Below, piece by piece: positions 12,968 to 25,695 of a stretch of 52,281 bases of DNA. The notes beneath the pieces are model-generated. The model had not been told where the DNA came from and made no database searches. It worked only from the letters and a program-made list of their open reading frames with translations. The position numbers and the translations under genes are program-made. Origin of the DNA: Chiloscyllium plagiosum (taxonomy: Eukaryota); NCBI RefSeq assembly GCF_004010195.1, contig NC_057718.1:96378686-96430966 (forward strand). The letters are read 5' to 3'. Numbering within the stretch: the stretch's first letter is position 1; each line of letters begins with the position of its first letter.

Positions 12968-13880
12968 TTGATTTAGAGGTGCCGGTGTTGGACTGGGGTG
13001 TACAAAGTTAAAAATCACACAACGCCAGGTTATAATCCAACAAGTTTATTTGGAAGCACTAGCTTTCGGAGCGCCGCTCCTTCATCAGGTGGTTGTGAAA
13101 CAGGACCATGATGCAGAACTTATACTAAAAGTATACAGTGTGATGTAACTGAAATTATATATTGAAAAAGACCTGGATTGTTTGTGAAGTCTCTCATCTT
13201 TTAGAATGACCATGCTGGTTTCAGTTCTTTCATATGTAAATCCCAGAACTTTCTTAAAGTTACATTCCCAACTGAACTTTAACAAAAGGTGGCATGTTGG
13301 TCCAGATAATGCATTGAAGGTATGAGGTTGCCCTGTGTGAGGCTGTCTGTCCCCCAATGTTCCGACTGATTCTAATCTAAAAAGGGATTTACAGAATCTT
13401 ACATGGATTCATGCAGTTTTTGAGCAAAATAAAATGTAATTCTGCAAGTACAAATTCACCCCACAAACGTGTGTGTGTGTGTGTGTGTGTAGTGCAATGG
13501 GGTCACCTGTAGTGTGACAGGAACCCAAGGTCCCAGTTGAGGCCCTCCCCATTTGGCTATCAGCCTCTGCTCGGCCACTTTGCGTTGGTACCTGTCCCGA
13601 AGTCCGCCCTAGAGGATGGTCACCCAAAGATCCAAGATTGAATGTCCAGGACTGCCGAAGTGTTCTCTGGCTGGGAGGGAACACTCCTGTCTGTTGATTG
13701 TTGCGCGGTGTCCAGTCATGCGTTGCCGTAGCCTCTGTTTGGTCTCACCAATGTACCATGCCTCAGGGCATCCTTGCCTGCAGTGTAAAAGATAGACAAC
13801 GTTGGCCGAGTCATGTGAGCACCTGCCCGCGTACATGGTGGGTGCTGTCCCCACGAGTAATCGTGGTACCGTGTCAACAC
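12968..13880 (-). mobile_element. Penelope-like element family B: GIY-YIG remnant, internal (CA)n, 3' terminus with tail
   Basis: Minus translation SANVVYLLHCRQGCPEAWYIGETKQRLRQRMTGHRATI...EHF. Confidence 0.9.
13057..13091 (-). ncRNA. Minimal type I hammerhead ribozyme motif (PLE family B)
   Basis: Minus strand reads cac CUGAUGA a ggagc-ggc-gcucc GAAA GC UA gug: helix I cac/gug, 5-bp helix II, palindromic AGCU as helix III. Further copies at 18881-18915 (+) and 48491-48525 (+). Confidence 0.75.
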
Positions 13881-14029
13881 TCTGACATGTCTTTTTTCGA
13901 GCTGTATGTAATCTCAGGAGGTTTAAAGTTACATTCTCACAGATTAAACAATCACGTCAGTGACTCAGGTTAAAAGTCATCCATTTTCTTGGGATGTTCA
14001 TGTAATGAGATCACCAGTAGTCAATATTT

Positions 14030-14570
14030 GTTGCTGGTCCTGAGTTGTCCTTGAAAAGACGGTGGTGATCTGCTTACCTGAACCGCTCCAGTCGATTTGC
14101 TCTCGGTAGACCCACATTGGCATTAGGGAGGGAGTTCCAGGATTTTAATCAGTGACAGTGAAGAAGGGACAATACATTTCCAAGTCAAGATAATGAGAGA
14201 CTTGCAGGTGATGGTGTTCCCATTCACCCACAGTTCTCTGCCTTTGTGTGTGGTACAGATTGTGGGTCTGTGAGATGTAGTTGAAGGAGCCTTGGCGAGT
14301 TGCTGTAGTGTGTCCAATGGATGTCACATACTGCTGCTACTGCAGCGGTGGAGAAGTGAAGTTTGCAATTGGTAGATAGAGTGCTGACCGAGTGGACTGC
14401 TTTGTGTTGAAACTTTTGATCATTGCTGGAGCTGCATTCATCCAGGTAAGTGGAGAGTGTTCCATGACACTCATGATTTCAGGAGTTCGGGAGATCAGAG
14501 GCAACTTACTTGCCTCAGAATTCTTATACTGTGTGGTCAGCACAGTATTCATACGGCTGGCCCAGTTTGT
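14030..14570 (-). mobile_element. Decayed CR1-clade LINE 3' end (second family)
   Basis: Minus translation SVMEHSPLTWMNAAP resembles the CR1 RT C-terminal motif; 3' UTR similar to 37355-37610. Confidence 0.6.
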
Positions 14571-15809
14571 AATGAAATGAGCTAAGTCCAGGTCTCAAAC
14601 ATGTCGCTGTTTGATATTAAGAACGTCAGTGCTCAGAGCTATTGAAAATATTTCCGATTTTGGGTTAAAAATTTTCTTGAATAATAAAACAGATTTAACA
14701 ACAAGCATATTCCCAAATATATATTTGCTTTAATGAACTAATACTGATTTCGAAAACAACATCGAATTGAGTCTGGGACTTCACGATAACAGCAATCAAC
14801 ACTTCACTGAAGATGGGTCACTAGACTTGAAACGTTCACTGTTCTTTCTCTCTCCACAGATGCTGCTGGACCTGCTGAGTTTCTCCAGCAATTTATGGCT
14901 TTGTAACACTTGTTTGACAGTAGGTTCTTAGCAGGACTGGAAGGATTTTAAGTCTTGTTCCTGATGCTGCTGCAAGTGATTCAACCTTACTTTGAATTTC
15001 AGAATATAAGTCGATACAAATGAAGGCTGGGATCTTGCAGTTTTTAGACTGAGCTGAAAGGCAGAGTTTTACAGCAGAGAAATCAATGGTCAATGAAGGT
15101 GAGGGAGACCACAAAATTTCCCAATAACCCGACAGCTTCTCCTGTTGCTGAAGTTAGTAACGCCAGAGCTAAAGGCTGGGGCTACAGTAGTGACCACTGC
15201 CCCACCCCAGCCCGGGGGTCCAGCGTGGGACATCATCCGTGAGAAAGATTGACATGTTTCGGCAGGGGCTGGGAGAACGGGGGTTTGTGCCTTCTCATGA
15301 GATGGGGCTTAAGAGGAAAGGGGATGAGCAGAGGACAGAGGAGTAGTTCTCAGCAACCAACAGCCTTCTCCAGGTACAAAGTGTTTTTCTTTATGTTAGA
15401 ACATGCAACATAAAGGAGATCCTGACAGTTCTCTCACTCAGCTCTCCAGGATTTCTGAAGGTCTCCTGCTGAAGGTAAGCAGGGAATCAGGGAATCCTCA
15501 TGGTCATTTCATCTCTTGGCTGCTGGCTGAGAGCTTTGTTCCTCTCCAGAGTACACCTTCAGCAGGCGTGAGTTTTGATTGTGACAATCTTAATCTTGAT
15601 TGATCATTCAAATGTGGGAAGGTGTCACAAGGTCCATTCACTACTAACTGGGCCCTTAAAACTGAATTCCTTTTATCTCACAGATAGCAAGGTCCTACCG
15701 TGGACAACATCACTTTATCCGTGGTTTTCGGTTTAATGTGAAGGCATTAATGGAATTAGGCAGCAAAAGAATATTTGTATTCACACTCACTTCTGTGCAC
15801 TGTCAGTGC

Positions 15810-16670
15810 TCCAATTTAGAGTGAGTCATTCCTGTTTTCTAACAGTGTAATCACCATGGTAAGAACAGCAAACAATATCCGAATTACAAGCAGTGAGGTC
15901 CCACAGACCATGTCATAGAGTCTTAGAAACAGACCCTTCGGTCCAACCCGTCCATGCTGACCAGATATCCCAATCCAATCTGGTCCCACCTGCCAACACC
16001 CGGCCCATATCCCTCCAAACCCTTCCTATCCATATACCCATCATATGTCTTTTAAATGTTGCAATTGTACTAGCCTCCACCACATCCTCTGGCAATCATT
16101 CCATTCACGTACCACCCTCTGTGTGAAAAAGTTGCCCCTTAGGTTTCTTTTATATCTTTCCCCTCTCACCCTAAACCTGTGCCNNNNNNNNNNNNNNNNN
16201 NNNNNNNNNNNNNNNNNNNNNNNNNNNNNNNNNNNNNNNNNNNNNNNNNNNNNNNNNNNNNNNNNNNNNNNNNNNNNNNNNNNNNNNNNNCAGAATTGCA
16301 CGCAATATTCCAACAGTGATCTTACATTGTCCTGTACAGCCCCAACACAACCTCCCAACTCCTGTACTCAATACTCTGACCAATAAAGGGATGATAAATG
16401 ATTAGGTTCTGTTAAACTGGTGTGGGCTGAGGAATTAATATTGGCCGTCACTTAGGAAGAACATCCCTGATCTTTCCTCACACAGCACTATCCCAATCTC
16501 CATCTGTAAGGGATCACAACTTAGAGTCTGAAAAGACAACATCTCAGACAATGTGGCACTTCCTCAGGTGTGCACTGTAGTTTCGGTCCAAATTCAAATG
16601 GAATGGACCTTGGTCCCATGACCTTCTGAGTCAGCAGTTAATGTGCCCCTACTGAACCGAGACTAACACT
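15810..16670 (-). mobile_element. Deu-domain SINE interrupted by a CR1 3' fragment (15913-16388, spans a gap)
   Basis: Deu motifs on both sides (gtgaggtcccacag; attaatattggcc; tRNA-like head gaccttctgagtcag...ctactgaacc). The insert translates HRFRVRGERYKRNLRGNFFTQRVVREWN on the minus strand. Confidence 0.7.
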
Positions 16671-17374
16671 TAACAATAGTCCTTTAACACTCCTCAAGCA
16701 GTTAATGAGCCGCTCAACCAATATAAATAATGAAAGTTTGTGGACCTAGCTGTGGAGCACGCAAAACTTTACGGAAAAGATCAGTGGCACATTCTTAAAG
16801 CCTGTTTCATGACCAGATCCTTTAGACTGCGTAATGGAGAAAGTGGAAGATGTCTGTGGTCTGGGAGAGCAGCCCACAAAGCATATTCCAGAGTCAAGCT
16901 TCATGGCAATACGTTACAGATGATGTGAACTCAGGGTCCATTACTGGGAGTTGTTGAAAGGTGTTTGGAAGAAGTTTCACGACTCAATAAAGAGCAACGA
17001 GGTAAGGAAGGTGTTTTACAAGAGCAAGGCTGCTCAGACGTAAGATGCTGGGACGGTAGTCATTACGGACGTTGGCAAACGAGGGGAGTGCTGAGAAGGA
17101 TAAAACACAGGATACACCATGAGTGAAAGAATAAGATTAATGCTGTCCACTTCTCACATGCCATATGGCAAAGAGAAGTACTACACTGCTGGAAAGAATT
17201 TCCATGAGCCAAATTATCTTGATTTATTTGCTACTGTGCTTATGTTTAAAGGTAAAAATGGCAAAGAGTCAAATACACAGTGAGAGAAATCTTTCACTAA
17301 TTGTGAAACACGAATTGAAGCATTATAAGGAGATTTGCAATTGAACAAACACCCTGACCCATTGCTATCTACCA

Positions 17375-18965
17375 CATGTGTGTGTGGGAGGGGGCTTGAG
17401 TGTCTGTGAGAGAGTGTACGTATGTTCACTTGTGAATGTGAGTGTAAAAAAGTATAAGTCTGTGAGAGGGTGCATGTGTGAGTGTGGGAGTGTATGCGTG
17501 AGCGTATGAGAGAGAACTTGTGTATAAGAGAGGGTCTGTGTGAGTGGATGGGTCTGTAGGAGTATGTGTGTGTGTGTGTAGGTCTGTCTGTCTGTAGGAG
17601 TGTTTGTGTGTTAGTGTGTGTCTGTCCAGCTTTCAGGATAACATCACACTAGCTTGTCACAGAGGATGCTGCTAGATGTATCAGAGTGTTGACATGGATA
17701 CCACCATTACACGTAGGTACTCATGTGACTTGGCCAATGTTGTCTATATCATACACTGCAGGCAAGGATCCCTTGAGGCACGATACATTGGTGAGACCAA
17801 GTAGACGCTATGACAACAGATGAATAGACACCACATAACAATCAACAGACAGGATTGTTCCCTCCCAGTTGGAGAATACTTCAGCGGACCTCGGACCTTC
17901 GGGTGACCATCCTCCAAGGTAGACTTTGGAATAGGCAACAACGCAAAGTGGCCGAGCAGAGGCTGATAGCCAAATGGGGATGGCCTCAACCGGGACCTTG
18001 GGTTCCTGTCAAACTACAGGTGACCCCATTGCACTACACACCACACACACACACATACAAGCTCCATCTCATACACTCCCACACTCACACACGCACCGTC
18101 TCACAGACTTATATCCCTTTACACTCACACTCACACACATACACATACACACATGCTCACACACACTCCTACCCCTTCCCTCTCACACACACACATAAGT
18201 TTGTGGGGTGAATTTGTACTTGCAGAATTACATTTTATTTTGATCAAAAACTGCATGAATCCATGTAAGATTCTGTAAATCCCTTTTTTAGATTAGAATC
18301 AGTCTGAACATGGAAGCACAGACAACCTCACATAGGGAAGCTCACAACTTCGATGCATTATCTGAGCCGACATGGCACCTATTGCTAAAGTTCCCTTGAG
18401 AATGTAACTTTAAGAAAGTTCTGGGATTTACATATGAAAGAACTGAAACCAACATGCCCGTTCTAAAAGAGGAGAGATTAAACAAACAATGCAGGTCTTT
18501 TTCAATATATAATTTCAGTTACATCACATTGCAAATGTTTTGCTAGAAGACCATAAGACCATAAGACATAGGAGTGGAAGTAAGGCCATTCGGCCCATCG
18601 AGTCCTCTCCACCATTTAATCATGGCTGATGGGCATTTCAACTCCACTTACCCGCACTCTCCCCGTATCCCTTAATTCCTTGCCAGATCAAGAATTTATC
18701 AATCTCTGCGCCTGAAGACATTTAACGTCCCGGCCTCCACTGCACTCCGTGGCAATGAATTCCATAGGCCCACCAATCTCTGGCTGAAGAAATGTCCCCC
18801 TCTACATTCTAAGGCTGTGCCCACGGGTCCTCATCTCCCCACCTATAAATTCTGTATTGTACGATCTTATTCTCCACAACCACCTGATGAAGGAGCAGCG
18901 CTCTGAAAGCTAGTGCTTCCAAATAAACCTGTTGGACTATAACCTTGCGTTGTGTGATTTTTTAA
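17375..18965 (+). mobile_element. PLE family B with a 5' inverted segment (17375-17625) and a nested CR1 fragment (18549-18840)
   Basis: Plus-strand NVVYIIHCRQGSLEARYIGETK remnant; the TG-rich 5' part is the reverse complement of the internal CA-rich part (~18070-18115); (ccataaga)n-tailed CR1 insert. Confidence 0.85.
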
Positions 18966-19909
18966 TCTAAGGGGACATGATCATTCTTATCCACAGAGAG
19001 GCACACAGCATGGAAACACACCCTTCATCCAACTCGTCCATGCTGACCAGGTTCATAAAGTGAACTAGCCCCATTCACTTGTATTTGACTCACATCCCTG
19101 TAAACCTTTCCTGTTCATGTAGCTGTCCAGTAGGACTCAAAATGTTAACCAGGTTTCTTCCTCCAAAGATGCTGCCAAACCTGTTGAGTGTCTCTAGTCC
19201 TTGCTGCTGTTTTTTTTCAGATCTCCAGCGTCTCTTTTTACAACCCGTATAGTCTTTGTGTTTTACCCCTTTGGTCCACAAGCTATATGTTTATCTTAAG
19301 GTTCTTACTGTTGCAAGTTATTAGATCCAGTTGCACATTGCTTCCTCCACCATCACGCTGAATGTTGTTTTAAACATTTAGAGGCCGTTGGATCTAAAGT
19401 CTGAACATGACGCATGAAGTAGACATCAAAATGGTTTCCTGATCTGTGCCTCAGAATTAGAGCAACTGAAATTGTAGAACACCACTTTGGGATCAGTCAG
19501 TCTGAAAATGGATGTTTCCAGACAGCAGCAGAGTTTGTATTGTACTTACTTTCAATCAGTCCAACATGGTTGAACATTAATGGATTTCCTTTTACATTGT
19601 AATCCAGTTTCTTCATGTTCTAGGTGGTGACCAGAGTCCTAATGGACTATGGGGATGTTCTCTTATTAGAGAGAGAGGGAGATGGCTGGTGATGGTTTCA
19701 GCTGAGGGTCACTATGCCTCAGAGGAGGGAAATGTTTGAGAAGAAGAGAACTTCAAGCTGACGCAGGAATTAAAGCCATGCTTTTAGCAACACTCTGCAC
19801 TGCCAACCTGCCATCCAGCTAACTGAGGGGATGACTTAATAAAGGGTTTTAACATTAAGAAGGGGTTTTTGATAAGATAGAATCAGAGTAGGTATTTCTG
19901 TGGGAGTTG

Positions 19910-20388
19910 AAAAGGAAAAGCACAGCAGGTCAGGCAGCATCCAATGAGCAGGAGAGTTGACATTTCCTGATTAGAATTCATAGAATTCCTACAGTGTGGA
20001 AACAGACCATTTGGCCCAACAAATCCTCACTGACTGTCCAAAGAGTAACCCACCCAGACCCATTCCCTTACCCTCTTACTCTACATTTACCCCTGACTAA
20101 ACCTACACATCCCAGAACACTATGGGCAATTTAGAATGGCCAATCCACCTGACCTGCACAACTTTGGATTGTGGGAGGAAACCGGAGCACCCAGAGGAAA
20201 GCCTCACAGACACGGGGAGAATGTGCAAACTCCACACATACAATCACCCGAGGCTGGAATCGATGAAGAGATTTTGCCTGAAACGTTGACTCTCCTGCTC
20301 CTCGATGCTGCCCGACCTGCTGTGCTTTTCCAGCACCACCCTTTATCGACTCTGACTTCTCCAGCATCTGCAGTCCTCACTTTCTCCC
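19910..20388. mobile_element. Palindromic PLE-terminus derivative split by an HE1 SINE (19973-20262, minus)
   Basis: ggaaaagcacagcaggtcaggcagcatc on the left, its reverse complement plus tail on the right, HE1 body in between. Confidence 0.8.
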
Positions 20389-21984
20389 AGATTTCCACTC
20401 AAGTAACAGTCAAATACCATGGCCCATAACCGTGGCATCACTAAATCCAACAAAGGGACTTCTTAGCCAATAGTAGGAATGAGTTCAGGTAACTATTGCG
20501 AATGCACTTAATGGCTGAATGAGCTGTTTTTGTGCTGTTAATGATATATAACTACATGTAAAACTATCAGTTCACATCAAACCAACCATAAGAATGAAAA
20601 ATGTATAAAGAAGCATGTGTAAGATTTCAATAGCCATTAGATAGAACAAGGGTGCAATTGCTGATCACTGAGTCATATATTGCCCAATTGAAAACTGGAT
20701 GGAGAAAGGTACTTTTGATCCAGATCTGTGTGGGAGGTAAGGTCCATTTACAGGAATAGCTGGTGATATTCAGCCCAAAACTCACAAACATTTAATGACC
20801 ATTAACCAGAAAATAACATGCATAAAGGTTTTCCTTCACCACTAATGTCAATGAAGATTCCATAAAGGAATATATAAGCAACTGAGCCCTTTATTGCTTT
20901 CTATTGATTCTAGTAAAAATACTAACCCGCAGTAAAACTAATCTAGAATATAATTTCACTTTCAGTCCAGGGGGTAAACTGGTAAACTGGATGCTCGCCC
21001 TTTAAAGACCTCCAGTCCTTTGATTTCCATTTTAATGGGATGAAATTCTCGGGTGTTTACAATAGACATGCAATCTGCTCTGCCAGACAAGGTGAAAATT
21101 ACACCCATCAAAAGTTATCTTTTACCAAGTTGTTTAAACCAATTGTCAGTATGTGTGTTCTTGCTTGGAATATAATTGCGGAATTAACGATTTTTTTTAA
21201 AAATGCTGTTCCTGGGGAAATTCCAGCCACATTGACATCCAGCATACACTACCCAAGGATTGAAACAATTACCACTAATTGCAGACTTTGACAGACAGAG
21301 AGGGTCAGCAGTTAAACATCCCTGGGAAATGATTCCCTGTGAAACTGAGACAGAACACCACGGGTGGAAGGAGATCTATGTGCTGGGAACTGAGTCAGCA
21401 TCAAGGGAAAGGTCAATACACTGGAGAAGGCTGCATTAACCACATTGCGATGTTGCACTCTTTACCTTAGAATGTAAAATGAAGGTCCTCTGGATATGTC
21501 CATCAATGGCAGACCGCAACTGAAAAGGGGAATGGTGCCAAATATCTTTGGTGACACTAGAGTAGTGTTGTGGCATACTCCCTCTGGGGATTTTCAAGAG
21601 TGTTTTCAGTAGTTATCAGTTTTCAGGCTCTTGGCAAGAAAATATCTTGGACCAGAATGTTGTGCTAGCTAATTATCCTCTGTAAATTCATAGCCTTCAA
21701 TCACGTTAGGTAGCATCCCCTATTAGTCCCTGATTATTATTGGCATAATGTTACCTAATGCACTAACAAGAAACACTGATCATTCAGCAACTGTTTAGCA
21801 CTGGGCATCTGGGTTAGAGGATTGTGTATTTGGGTCCCACATCAGGATGATGTGTCTATGCAGTGTTGAGGGAGGACTGCTGTGTCAGAGGTCCTGTCCT
21901 TCAGATGAGGGGCTAAAGTGGTCAAGATTTCAACCTACTGCGAATCCTCTTACAAGGATGCCTTCCTTGAAGAAGCTCTCTACC

Positions 21985-22020
21985 ATTCCTGAAGAAGGGC
22001 CTGTGCCCGAAACGTCGAAT
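21985..22020 (+). ncRNA. Minimal type I hammerhead ribozyme motif in a PLE family A-related fragment (21929-22088)
   Basis: auuc CUGAAGA a gggc-cugu-gccc GAAA CG UC gaau: 4-bp helix I, 4-bp helix II, palindromic ACGU, GUC triplet ending at 22016. The fragment is flanked by the direct repeat gtggtcaagat (21918-21928, 22089-22099). Confidence 0.75.
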
Positions 22021-22685
22021 CTCCTGTTCCCTGGATGCTGCCTGACCTGCTGTGCTGTTCCAGCAATAAAGTTTCAACTTTGTCTATTGTGGTCAAGATG
22101 TTGAAAATGAACCATTGTTTGCAGAAGAGTAAATTGTTTCTCCTAAATTCTGGTCCAAGTTTATTGTGCCTTCCATTGCTACCCTTAACAATGTCACCAA
22201 AAACTCAGGTGATAGGTCATTGAACTGAAACATTGACTTTGTTTCACTTTGACCAACTTTGCTGCCTGAACTGTAGAGGTTTCTCGGTGTTTTCTGTTTT
22301 GGTTACAGCTTTCTAGCAGCCGCAGAGTTTTTCTCTGGGCCTGACAAAAATAGGATTAACTGGTCATCATTTGATTTATTTTTGGAAATGTTGTGTGGCT
22401 CCTGCATTAATTCAAATAATGCCAATTGAGGATAATGATTTGTGTATGAAGTAAACTATAACTTTTTTCCAAAAGTAGGTTAAAGTTTTTTCACATGTAT
22501 TAAGGTTCATTCCCTAACATCAGCTCTTCAGAGTGCTATAATCCTAACTGATGGCATTACTGGACAAATCAGAACTCAGAGTGTAACTTGGCTTGATCAA
22601 CCATATTTCTTGCAATTTGATTACTCACATGGTCAGTCAATGAACATGGGAGTGCCAATGTACTTCTAAAAAAAACCAAGTTTAT

Positions 22686-24355
22686 TAGACAATAGACAAT
22701 TGACAATAAGTGCAGGAGTAGGCCATTCTGCCCTTCGAGCCTGCACCACCATTCAATATGGTGGTGCATATTGACCAACCTTAATCAGTATCCTGTTCCT
22801 GCCGTATCTCCATAACCCTTGATTCCACTATCCTTGAGAGCTCTATCCAACTCTTTCTTAAATGAATCCAGAGACTGGGCCTCCACTGCCCTCAGGGGAA
22901 GAGCATTCCACACAGTCACCACTCTCTGGGTGAAGAAGTTTCTCCTCATCTCTGTCCTAAATGGTCTACTCCGAATTTTTAAGCTGTGTCCTCTGGTTCA
23001 ACACTCACCCATCAGCGGAAACATGCTTCCTGCCTCCAGAGTATCCAATCCTTTCATAATCTTATATGTCTCAATCAGATCCCCTCTCAGTCTTCTAAAC
23101 TCAAGGGTACACAAGCCCAGTCGCTCCAGTCTTTCAGCATAAGGTAGTCCCGCCATTCCAGGAATTGACCTCGTGAACCTACACAGCACTCCCTCAATAG
23201 CCAGAATGTCTTTCCTCAAATTTGGAGACCAGAACTGCACACAGTACTCCAGGTGTGGTCTCACCAGGGCCCTGTACAGCTGCAGAAGGACCTCTTTGCC
23301 TCTATACTCAANNNNNNNNNNNNNNNNNNNNNNNNNNNNNNNNNNNNNNNNNNNNNNNNNNNNNNNNNNNNNNNNNNNNNNNNNNNNNNNNNNNNNNNNN
23401 NNNNNNNNNNNNNNNNNNNNNNNNNNNNNNNNNNNNNNNNNNNNNNNNNNNNNNNNNNNNNNNNNNNNNNNNNNNNNNNNNNNNNNNNNNNNNNNNNNNN
23501 NNNNNNNNNNNNNNNNNNNNNNNNNNNNNNNNNNNNNNNNNNNNNNNNNNNNNNNNNNNNNNNNNNNNNNNNNNNNNNNNNNNNNNNNNNNNNNNNNNNN
23601 NNNNNNNNNNNNNNNNNNNNNNNNNNNNNNNNNNNNNNNNNNNNNNNNNNNNNNNNNNNNNNNNNNNNNNNNNNNNNNNNNNNNNNNNNNNNNNNNNNNN
23701 NNNNNNNNNNNNNNNNNNNNNNNNNNNNNNNNNNNNNNNNNNNNNNNNNNNNNNNNNNNNNNNNNNNNNNNNNNNNNNNNNNNNNNNNNNNNNNNNNNNN
23801 NNNNNNNNNNNNNNNNNNNNNNNNNNNNNNNNNNNNNNNNNNNNNNNNNNNNNNNNNNNNNNNNNNNNNNNNNNNNNNNNNNNNNNNNNNNNNNNNNNNN
23901 NNNNNNNNNNNNNNNNNNNNNNNNNNNNNNNNNNCCACCTCCTTCAGTACCCGGGTTCTAGACCATCAGGCCCCGGGGACTTATCAACCTTCAGACCTAA
24001 CAGTTTCTCCAACACCAAATCCTGGCAAATATAAATTCCCTTAAGTTCAGGTCCTTCAGCCACTGTTACCTCTGGGAGATTGCTTGTGTCTTCCCCAGTG
24101 AACACAGATCTGAAGTACCAATTCAACTCTTCTGCCATTTCTTTGTTCCCCGTAATATATTCCCCTGTTTCTGTCTTCAAGGGCCCAATTTTAGTCTTAA
24201 CCATTTTTTTGCCTTTCATATACCTAAAAAAGCTTTTACTATCCTCCTTTATATTTTTGGCCAGTTTACCTTCATACCTCATTTTTTCTCTGCGTGTTTC
24301 CTTCTTAGTAATCCTCTGTTGTTCTTTAAAAGCTTCCCAGTCCTCTGTTTTCCCA
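22686..24355 (-). mobile_element. CR1/HER1-like LINE ORF2 fragment, relatively intact, spanning a gap
   Basis: YEGKLAKNIKEDSKSFFRY...VDKSPGPDG and RPHLEYCVQFWSPNLRKDILAIEGV...RRLRGDLIETYKIMKG; (acaatag)n tail. Confidence 0.93.
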
Positions 24356-25359
24356 TATTACACTTGGGAGAATAAAAATAAAGAGTCATCGGAATATAAA
24401 AGATAATTTGGAAAGATATTTTAAACAGCAAAAAGAAAGATTCAACCCTTTTCTCCAGCAATATCCTTTGCTGACACTCAACCCCAGTGAAATGTCACTC
24501 CTATCTTCACTCCAACTTCTTACTCAACTGATGAGTTTACAATTATTTCCTTTCGGGCACTTTCTGCATATTCACCAGATGTAATATTATCCATAATTTC
24601 AAGAGGAACACAGATATAGGCTAACTCGCTGATTTTAATCACTGAATTCGAAGGAAAATGCACTCAGGGTATTTTCCAAACAAATGTACTGCTTTGAAAG
24701 TGCTGAACAGCTTATCTGCTGGTATAGATCATTTCTTCCGAAATGAGACTGCTTCTTTGAGTTCTTTCTCAGTGTCGTAAAATCTTAACTTAGTAAACAC
24801 TTCCGCAATTGTCTCACCAGCTAGCTTGAATAGCCACTTAGCTTAAGCCACATCATTTCTTCAAGATTTTATTTTGACTCACTGCTGGAAAAAGATAATT
24901 TCTAACTTTTTAAAAAAGCAAGTCACTTTCACAGAATGGAAACCCAAAAACCCATTTACATCTACTTCAGAAAAGAAGTTCCCAAATATTGATGACCATG
25001 TATCATAATCTTTTGTCACAATACATTTGCAGAATCCATTGAATGGTGTTATAGTTGCCAATGTCAGTCGGCAGGCAAATCAGAAAGACCAGAAACCTTG
25101 TGTGACAGAATTCAAAGCAAATGCCTTTTTTATTCATTACGTAATATAAAAGTCTCCTCTAGGTCAGTCTGCCTTGGGTCGCAGCAAGACAGATGTAGTT
25201 TTCCATGCTTCATGCTTGGAACTGCTGCATTACCATCTCCAAAGGATTCTAGCACAGTATACATTTATCTGTTCTCACTTTGATCTGTTATATCCCTCTA
25301 ACAGCATTCAAAACTGAGAAGATTTCCATTCCAAGTATTTTTACCAAGCCTTCTAATTT

Positions 25360-25695
25360 CATAGAATCCCTACAGTGTGGAAACAGGCCACTCAGCCCGT
25401 TCAAGTCCACACCAACCCCACTCTGAATCCCATCCAGACCCACTCCCCAATCCTATTCCTGCATTCCCCATGGCTATCCACTTCGCCTCTGCACCCCTAG
25501 ACACTACGGGCAATTTTAGCATCGCCAATCCTCCTAGTGTGCACATCGTTGAACTGTGGGAAGAAACCAGATCACCCAGAGGAAACTCACGCAGACATGG
25601 GCAGAATGTGCAAACTCCACACAGTCACCCAAGACTGGAATTGACCCCAGATCCCTGGTGCTGTGAGGCAGCAGTGCTGACCACTGAGCCACCAT
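25360..25695 (-). mobile_element. HE1 / V-SINE
   Basis: tRNA-like head (rc ggtggctcagtggtcagcactgctgcctcacagc), V-domain, LINE-derived tail. Confidence 0.9.

Noticed and set aside
12162..13011. Long ORFs of 199-270 aa here and at 23173-24044
   Set aside because: They consist mostly of X from N gaps.
25033..25074. Plus-strand mini-exon NPLNGVIVANVSRQ
   Set aside because: Needs a weak GC donor, and no supporting neighbouring exon was found.
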